From assembly GCF_002733705.1 (NCBI RefSeq), contig NZ_NVWP01000034.1: a stretch of 64,000 nucleotides of DNA, one strand, 5' to 3'. This DNA is from Henriciella sp. (lineage in GTDB: Bacteria; Pseudomonadota; Alphaproteobacteria; Caulobacterales; Hyphomonadaceae). Shown here piece after piece: positions 59,407 through 64,000 of this stretch. How positions within the stretch are numbered: position 1 is the first letter of the stretch; each line of letters opens with the position of its first letter. A model generated the notes under the pieces. That model did no database searches. It was not told the DNA's origin and saw only the letters and a list, made by a program, of their open reading frames with translations. Made by a program: the position numbers and the translations under genes.

Positions 59407-59545
59407 GCGGTCCTGCCCTTGTTGTGACATTTCTTTTTCGATTGGCGCATTGCCTAGAAGCCCCTTTCACGATGCGCAAGTATCGGGTGGAGTCCCTTCG
59501 GCCGATGGGTCAATGACAAGGGGCAACAGAATGACAGGGAAATAC

Positions 59546-60370
59546 ATGATCACCCAGCACGACAAGGCTGTCGCCTTTCAGGCCCTCCATGACGGCGGGT
59601 GCTTCCTCATTCCCAACCCCTGGAATGTCGGGTCTGCCCGCATCCTTCAGGGGCTCGGGTTTCAGGCGCTTGCCACGACCAGCGCCGGCTTTGCGAATGC
59701 CAATGGCCTCAACGATTATGAAGTGACCCGCGAGATGGTGATGGCGCATGCGGGCTCTCTCTGCGCCGCTACGCACCTTCCTGTCTCGGCAGATCTTGAA
59801 AATGGCTTCGGCGATGAGCCGGCCACCTGCGCGGAAACCATACAGCTTGCCGCAGCGGCTGGTCTGGTCGGCGGCTCGATTGAGGATTTCAGCCCTGGAC
59901 GCAAAGCCCAGTATGAGATTGCCGAAGCGCGCGACAGGGTCGCCGCCGCCGTCGAAGCCGCCAACTCCCTGCCCTTTCCCTTTATCCTCACGGCACGGGC
60001 GGAAAATTTCTTCACCGGCATACCGGACCTGGCCGACACCATCCAGCGTCTGCAGGCCTATCAGGAGGCCGGCGCCCATGTTCTCTACGCACCGGGGCTC
60101 CGGTCGCTGGAGGATATCCGCACGGTTCTATCCTCTATAGACAGGCCCCTGAACGTGTTGATGGGGCCACGTGATGGCTTCGTTCCAGTCGAGGAGCTGG
60201 CCGCGCTCGGCGTACGGCGGGTCAGCCTCGGCGCCTCGCTATCCAACGCCGCCAATGGCGCGCTGATCCGGGCTGCGAAGGAGCTTCTGCGACCGGGCAC
60301 ATTCGGCTTTACGCAAGATGGCGTTGGCGGCGCGCAGCTCATGGCCGTCATGGATGCTGAAAAAGCCTGA
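59546..60370 (+). CDS. isocitrate lyase / PEP mutase family protein
   Basis: PNPWNVGSARIL..LGF.ALATTS, PVSADLENGFG, GSIED, ARAE, AYQEAGA..LYAPG. Alternative start 59531. Confidence 0.88.
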   Translation: MITQHDKAVAFQALHDGGCFLIPNPWNVGSARILQGLGFQALATTSAGFANANGLNDYEVTREMVMAHAGSLCAATHLPVSADLENGFGDEPATCAETIQLAAAAGLVGGSIEDFSPGRKAQYEIAEARDRVAAAVEAANSLPFPFILTARAENFFTGIPDLADTIQRLQAYQEAGAHVLYAPGLRSLEDIRTVLSSIDRPLNVLMGPRDGFVPVEELAALGVRRVSLGASLSNAANGALIRAAKELLRPGTFGFTQDGVGGAQLMAVMDAEKA

Positions 60371-60389
60371 AGCCACTGGGCTTTCAGCC

Positions 60390-60418
60390 TTGATTTTATC
60401 CACAGTCTGGGCTTTAAG
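60390..60418 (+). promoter_or_regulatory. putative rpsF operon promoter with perfect DnaA box in the spacer
   Basis: TTGATT (60390-60395), TTATCCACA (60396-60404), TTTAAG (60413-60418). Confidence 0.6.
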
Positions 60419-60488
60419 CCCCCTCTTCACACGGGGTGCGGTCCCGATATCCGGAATGAGCCGGATGACCGGGGGCCATCGCCGGAAC

Positions 60489-60533
60489 GTCTTCCCGCGT
60501 TCCAGCGCCGCATCGCGAACACCAGGGAAAGAC
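60489..60533 (+). promoter_or_regulatory. candidate S6:S18-type autoregulatory leader hairpin
   Basis: GTCTTCCC (60489-60496) pairs with SD-containing GGGAAAGAC (60525-60533); CCG adjacent to the 5' arm. Confidence 0.35.
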
Positions 60534-60537
60534 AATT

Positions 60538-60873
60538 ATGGCACTTTATGAACACGTGCTGATCTCACGTCCGGACATCTCGCCTGCACAGGTCGAGAGC
60601 CAGATCGAAGAGCTCGGCCAATGGCTTGAAAGCCAGGGCGCAAAAGTCGGCAAGACCGAGTATTGGGGCCTGCGCAATCTGTCCTATCCGATCAACAAGC
60701 AGCGCAAGGGACACTATTCCCTGCTCAACGTCGACGGCCCTGCCGAGGCGATCCATGAGCTTGAGCGCCGTCACCGCATCTCCGACGACGTCATCCGCTA
60801 CATGACCATCAAGGTCGATGAGCTGGACGACGAGCCGTCCCCGATGATGGGCCGCAAGGGCCGCAAGGACTAG
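60538..60873 (+). CDS. rpsF: 30S ribosomal protein S6
   Basis: YEHVLISRPD, EYWGLRNLSYPI.K.RKGHY, VIRYMT. Confidence 0.97.
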   Translation: MALYEHVLISRPDISPAQVESQIEELGQWLESQGAKVGKTEYWGLRNLSYPINKQRKGHYSLLNVDGPAEAIHELERRHRISDDVIRYMTIKVDELDDEPSPMMGRKGRKD

Positions 60874-60885
60874 GGAGACAGAGAC

Positions 60886-61158
60886 ATGTCATCAGAAAAC
60901 AACCAGGGTGATATCAACATCACCAACATCCCGGCCCGGCGTACCTTCAACCGCCGCCGCAAGGTCGATCCGTTTTCGGGCGAAGGCGCTCCGAAGATCG
61001 ACTATAAGGATGTAAAGCTGCTGCAACGCTACATTTCGGAAAAGGGCAAGATCGTCCCTTCCCGGATCACTGCAGTGAACGTCAAGAACCAGCGCAAGCT
61101 CGCCCGTGCCATCAAGCGCGCCCGCATGCTCGCGCTTCTGCCATTCACCGTGAAGTAG
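60886..61158 (+). CDS. rpsR: 30S ribosomal protein S18
   Basis: [42 protein letters not shown]. Confidence 0.97.
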   Translation: MSSENNQGDINITNIPARRTFNRRRKVDPFSGEGAPKIDYKDVKLLQRYISEKGKIVPSRITAVNVKNQRKLARAIKRARMLALLPFTVK

Positions 61159-61170
61159 GAGGCCCAAAAC

Positions 61171-61764
61171 ATGGACATCATCCTTCTTGAACGCGTCGAG
61201 AACCTCGGCGAACTCGGTGAAGAAGTCACAGTGAAGAACGGCTTTGCCCGTAACTTCCTGCTTCCGCGTGGCAAGGCCCTCATCGCGAACGACCGCAACC
61301 GCGCCCGTTTCGCCGCTGAGCGTGACATCATCGAGAAGCGCAACGCAGACGCGCGCGCTGAAGCCCAGCAGACCGGCGACAGCCTGGACGGCACAGAGCT
61401 CGTCCTGATCCGCCAGTCTTCGGACACCGGCAACCTTTACGGTTCCGTCTCGACCCGCGACATCGTCGATGCGCTGGACGAGAAAGGCTTCAAGGTCCGC
61501 CGCGGCCAGATCAAGCTCGACCAGCCGATCAAGACCATCGGCATCTACGAAATGGGCGTTCGCCTTCACGCAGAAGTCCTCGTCGACATCTCCGTGAACG
61601 TTGCCCGTTCGATGGAAGAAGCCGAGCGTCAGGCTGCCGGTGAGAACGTCATCGAGACGATCCAGGCCGAACAGCAAGGCGCTGCCGCCGAGCAATCGGC
61701 CGAGCTGGCTGAAGCTTCAGCCGAGCGCGAAGAAGAGACCCGCGAAGCCCCCGAAGAGGAATAG
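61171..61764 (+). CDS. rplI: 50S ribosomal protein L9
   Basis: ILLERVENLG..G..V.VK.GFARNFLLP.GKA, LYGSVSTRDI, IKTIG. Confidence 0.97.
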   Translation: MDIILLERVENLGELGEEVTVKNGFARNFLLPRGKALIANDRNRARFAAERDIIEKRNADARAEAQQTGDSLDGTELVLIRQSSDTGNLYGSVSTRDIVDALDEKGFKVRRGQIKLDQPIKTIGIYEMGVRLHAEVLVDISVNVARSMEEAERQAAGENVIETIQAEQQGAAAEQSAELAEASAEREEETREAPEEE

Positions 61765-61793
61765 GCAACGCGGCGTTTCACGCCAGACTTTTG

Positions 61794-61827
61794 AAAAAGG
61801 CCGTGCCCGCCGGGCGCGGCCTTTTTT
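61794..61827 (+). terminator. intrinsic terminator after rplI
   Basis: AAAAAGGCCGTGCCC-gcc-GGGCGCGGCCTTTTTT. Confidence 0.9.
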
Positions 61828-61987
61828 GTTGGGCACCAGACTGATTCGAATCGCTGTATTCCACGACATGGAGTCAACTGTGGACATCGGGGAAAGCTTC
61901 GTGAACATCGCTGAAGTCAAGAGTGCAATCTTCCCCCCTCAGGCGTAAAGTTTACCCATCGGTAAGAGCCTTTTCGAGGACGCGCGC

Positions 61988-63472
61988 ATGAACGATATGT
62001 CCAATACGCCACAGACGGTCGAGGCGCCGCACAACCTGTCTGCAGAAGCCGGTGTTCTGGGCGCGATCCTGTATGACAACAATGCGTTCCAGCGCGTGGC
62101 GGATATTCTCCGCACAAGCGATTTTTATTCCATCCCCCATCAGGAAATCTTCGAGGTCTGCTCGACAATGATCCAGGGCGGCCGTGTGGCCGACGGCATC
62201 ACGCTGCGCGAGCATTTCGAGAAGGCTGACAAGCTGCAGGAAATCGGCGGCGCCTCCTATCTGGCAGAGCTTCTGGACTCGGCCGCCTTCGGTCCGGAAA
62301 TCTCCGACTATGCGCGCATGATCCGCGATTTCGCGATGCGCCGGGAGCTGATCGACATCGGCGCCACCGTCCAGCACCGCGCCTTCAAGCCCGCCCCTGA
62401 AGAAGATGGGGACAAGCAGCTGGAGCTTGCTGAGCGTCAGCTCTTCGACCTTGCAGACCGGGGCTCGTCCGGCAGGGGCTTTCACTCCTTTTCCACGGCC
62501 CTCAAAGAGTCGCTCGCCATGGCGGAAGCCGCCTTCAAGCGAGACGGCAAGATCGCAGGTATCGCCTCACAGCTGGATGACCTCGACACCATGCTGGGCG
62601 GCTTCCACAAGTCCGACCTCGTCATTCTTGCTGGCCGCCCGTCCATGGGGAAGACGACGCTCGCCACCAATATCGCCTTCAACGCCGCGCAGGCCTGCCG
62701 GCGTGAGACACAGCCGGATGGGTCGAAGAAGACCGTCGAAGGCGCTGTTGTTGCGTTCTTTTCTCTCGAAATGTCGTGCGAACAGCTTGCCACGCGGATC
62801 ATCGCAGACCGCACCGGCCTCAACGCCCACCACATCCGTCAGGGCGATCTCGATGCCAGCGATTTCGAGAAGATCCGCCAGGCCACCGAAGAACTGCAAA
62901 ATCTGCCGCTCTATATCGATGATCAGGGCGGCATCTCGATCAGCCAGCTTGCCGCCCGCGCCCGGCGTTTGAAACGGACCAGCGGTCTCGACATGGTCGT
63001 GATCGACTATCTGCAGCTGCTGACATCGACGACCGGAAAGGCGAGCGATTCCCGCGTGCAGGAGATCACGCAGATCACCATGGGCCTCAAAGCCCTCGCC
63101 AAGGAACTCAACGTCCCTGTCATCGCCCTTTCGCAGCTATCGCGTCAGGTGGAACAGCGCGAAGACAAGCGTCCGCAGCTCTCAGACCTTCGCGAATCCG
63201 GCTCAATCGAGCAGGACGCCGATGTCGTCATGTTCGTCTATCGCGAGTCCTATTATCTGGAGCGGACCGAGCCCCAATCGGGAGGCGACGACCCGCAGGC
63301 GGCCGAGAAATGGACAAAATGGCGCCAGCGCATGGATGAGGTTCTCGGCACCGCAGAGGTCATCATCGGCAAACAGCGTCACGGCCCGATTGGCCGGGTC
63401 ACGCTGGCTTTCGATGCCAACACGACCCGTTTCGGCAATCTTCGACGCCAGCAGGAGCCAGATTTTGTATAG
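61988..63472 (+). CDS. dnaB: replicative DNA helicase
   Basis: APHNLSAEAGVLG, LAGRPSMGKT, FSLEMS, IDYLQL, LSQLSR.VEQREDKRPQLSDLRESGSIEQDAD, KQRHGP.G. Confidence 0.98.
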   Translation: MNDMSNTPQTVEAPHNLSAEAGVLGAILYDNNAFQRVADILRTSDFYSIPHQEIFEVCSTMIQGGRVADGITLREHFEKADKLQEIGGASYLAELLDSAAFGPEISDYARMIRDFAMRRELIDIGATVQHRAFKPAPEEDGDKQLELAERQLFDLADRGSSGRGFHSFSTALKESLAMAEAAFKRDGKIAGIASQLDDLDTMLGGFHKSDLVILAGRPSMGKTTLATNIAFNAAQACRRETQPDGSKKTVEGAVVAFFSLEMSCEQLATRIIADRTGLNAHHIRQGDLDASDFEKIRQATEELQNLPLYIDDQGGISISQLAARARRLKRTSGLDMVVIDYLQLLTSTTGKASDSRVQEITQITMGLKALAKELNVPVIALSQLSRQVEQREDKRPQLSDLRESGSIEQDADVVMFVYRESYYLERTEPQSGGDDPQAAEKWTKWRQRMDEVLGTAEVIIGKQRHGPIGRVTLAFDANTTRFGNLRRQQEPDFV

Positions 63473-63514
63473 AAGCGCTTGCGGGCGCACGTCACAGCAG
63501 ACTATGCCGCCCGC

Positions 63515-64000
63515 ATGAGCCTCAGTCCCCACGCCCTTGTCCATACGCGAAATATCGTCGCCAACTGGCGCGCGATCGGTGCGCTGGTACCTGGCAGCGA
63601 GGCGGGCGCAGTGGTGAAAGCCAACGCCTATGGGCATGGCGCCGGACCCGTCGTAACTGCCCTTCATGCAGCAGGCTGCCGCACATTTTTCGTCGCCTAT
63701 GTCGAGGAAGGCGCTGAACTTCGCAGCATTGTCGGCGGAGACGCTACAATTCTTGCCTTCAACGGAGCGGGGCCCGACGATGCGAACATTGTGCGCGAAA
63801 GCGCGATCCTGCCCGTCATCAATTCCATTCCCGCACTCAAGGACTGGCTCGCCCTCCCCAACATGCCGGACTATGCCGTCCATATCGACACCGGCATGAA
63901 CCGGCTTGGTGTGCGGATGGAGGATGTTGGCGAACTGGCAGCGCTCACCGCCCATGCACCGCCCGGCCACATCATGTCGCACCTTGTGGACTCAGACGAC
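63515..64000 (+). CDS. alr: alanine racemase (3' truncated by window)
   Basis: Manual translation ...AVVKANAYGHG...FFVA..EE...HIDTGMNRLG...HIMSHL. Confidence 0.93.
   Translation, partial: MSLSPHALVHTRNIVANWRAIGALVPGSEAGAVVKANAYGHGAGPVVTALHAAGCRTFFVAYVEEGAELRSIVGGDATILAFNGAGPDDANIVRESAILPVINSIPALKDWLALPNMPDYAVHIDTGMNRLGVRMEDVGELAALTAHAPPGHIMSHLVDSDD

Overview
This is a GC-rich alphaproteobacterial core-chromosome segment. A Caulobacterales/Hyphomonadaceae-like host is my inference from pleD-divK, hdaA, gene order and many acidic protein tails. It is almost entirely housekeeping: accC end, aat, DUF2155, mlaD-like, NDUFA12, aspS, rnd, ppx-ppk, hdaA, purMN, ndk, holC-pepA, lptFG, topA, rnr, rpmG, pleD-divK, dinB, gatB/A/C, ruvX, pyrB-pyrC', plsY-dprA, lptD-surA-pdxA-rsmA, gmk-yicC-mltG-fabF-acpP-fabG-fabD, rpsF-rpsR-rplI, dnaB and the start of alr. 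I found no rRNA, tRNA, CRISPR array, transposase or integrase. The main oddities are: (1) an intact but catalytically eroded class II ribonucleotide-reductase (NrdJ) homologue that keeps its C-terminal domain and zinc finger and has an NrdR-like box upstream; (2) a ~25.6 kb block (topA...dprA) sitting between lptG and lptD as a circular permutation of the usual dprA-topA cluster; (3) three tandem, lower-GC, secreted Cys-rich paralogues splitting gatC from gatA; (4) a stand-alone BLUF photoreceptor behind a CtrA-type box; (5) an unannotated 43-aa membrane protein; (6) DnaA-, CtrA- and CcrM/GcrA-type sites at replication-linked promoters. All motif and family calls are by eye; no database searches were run.
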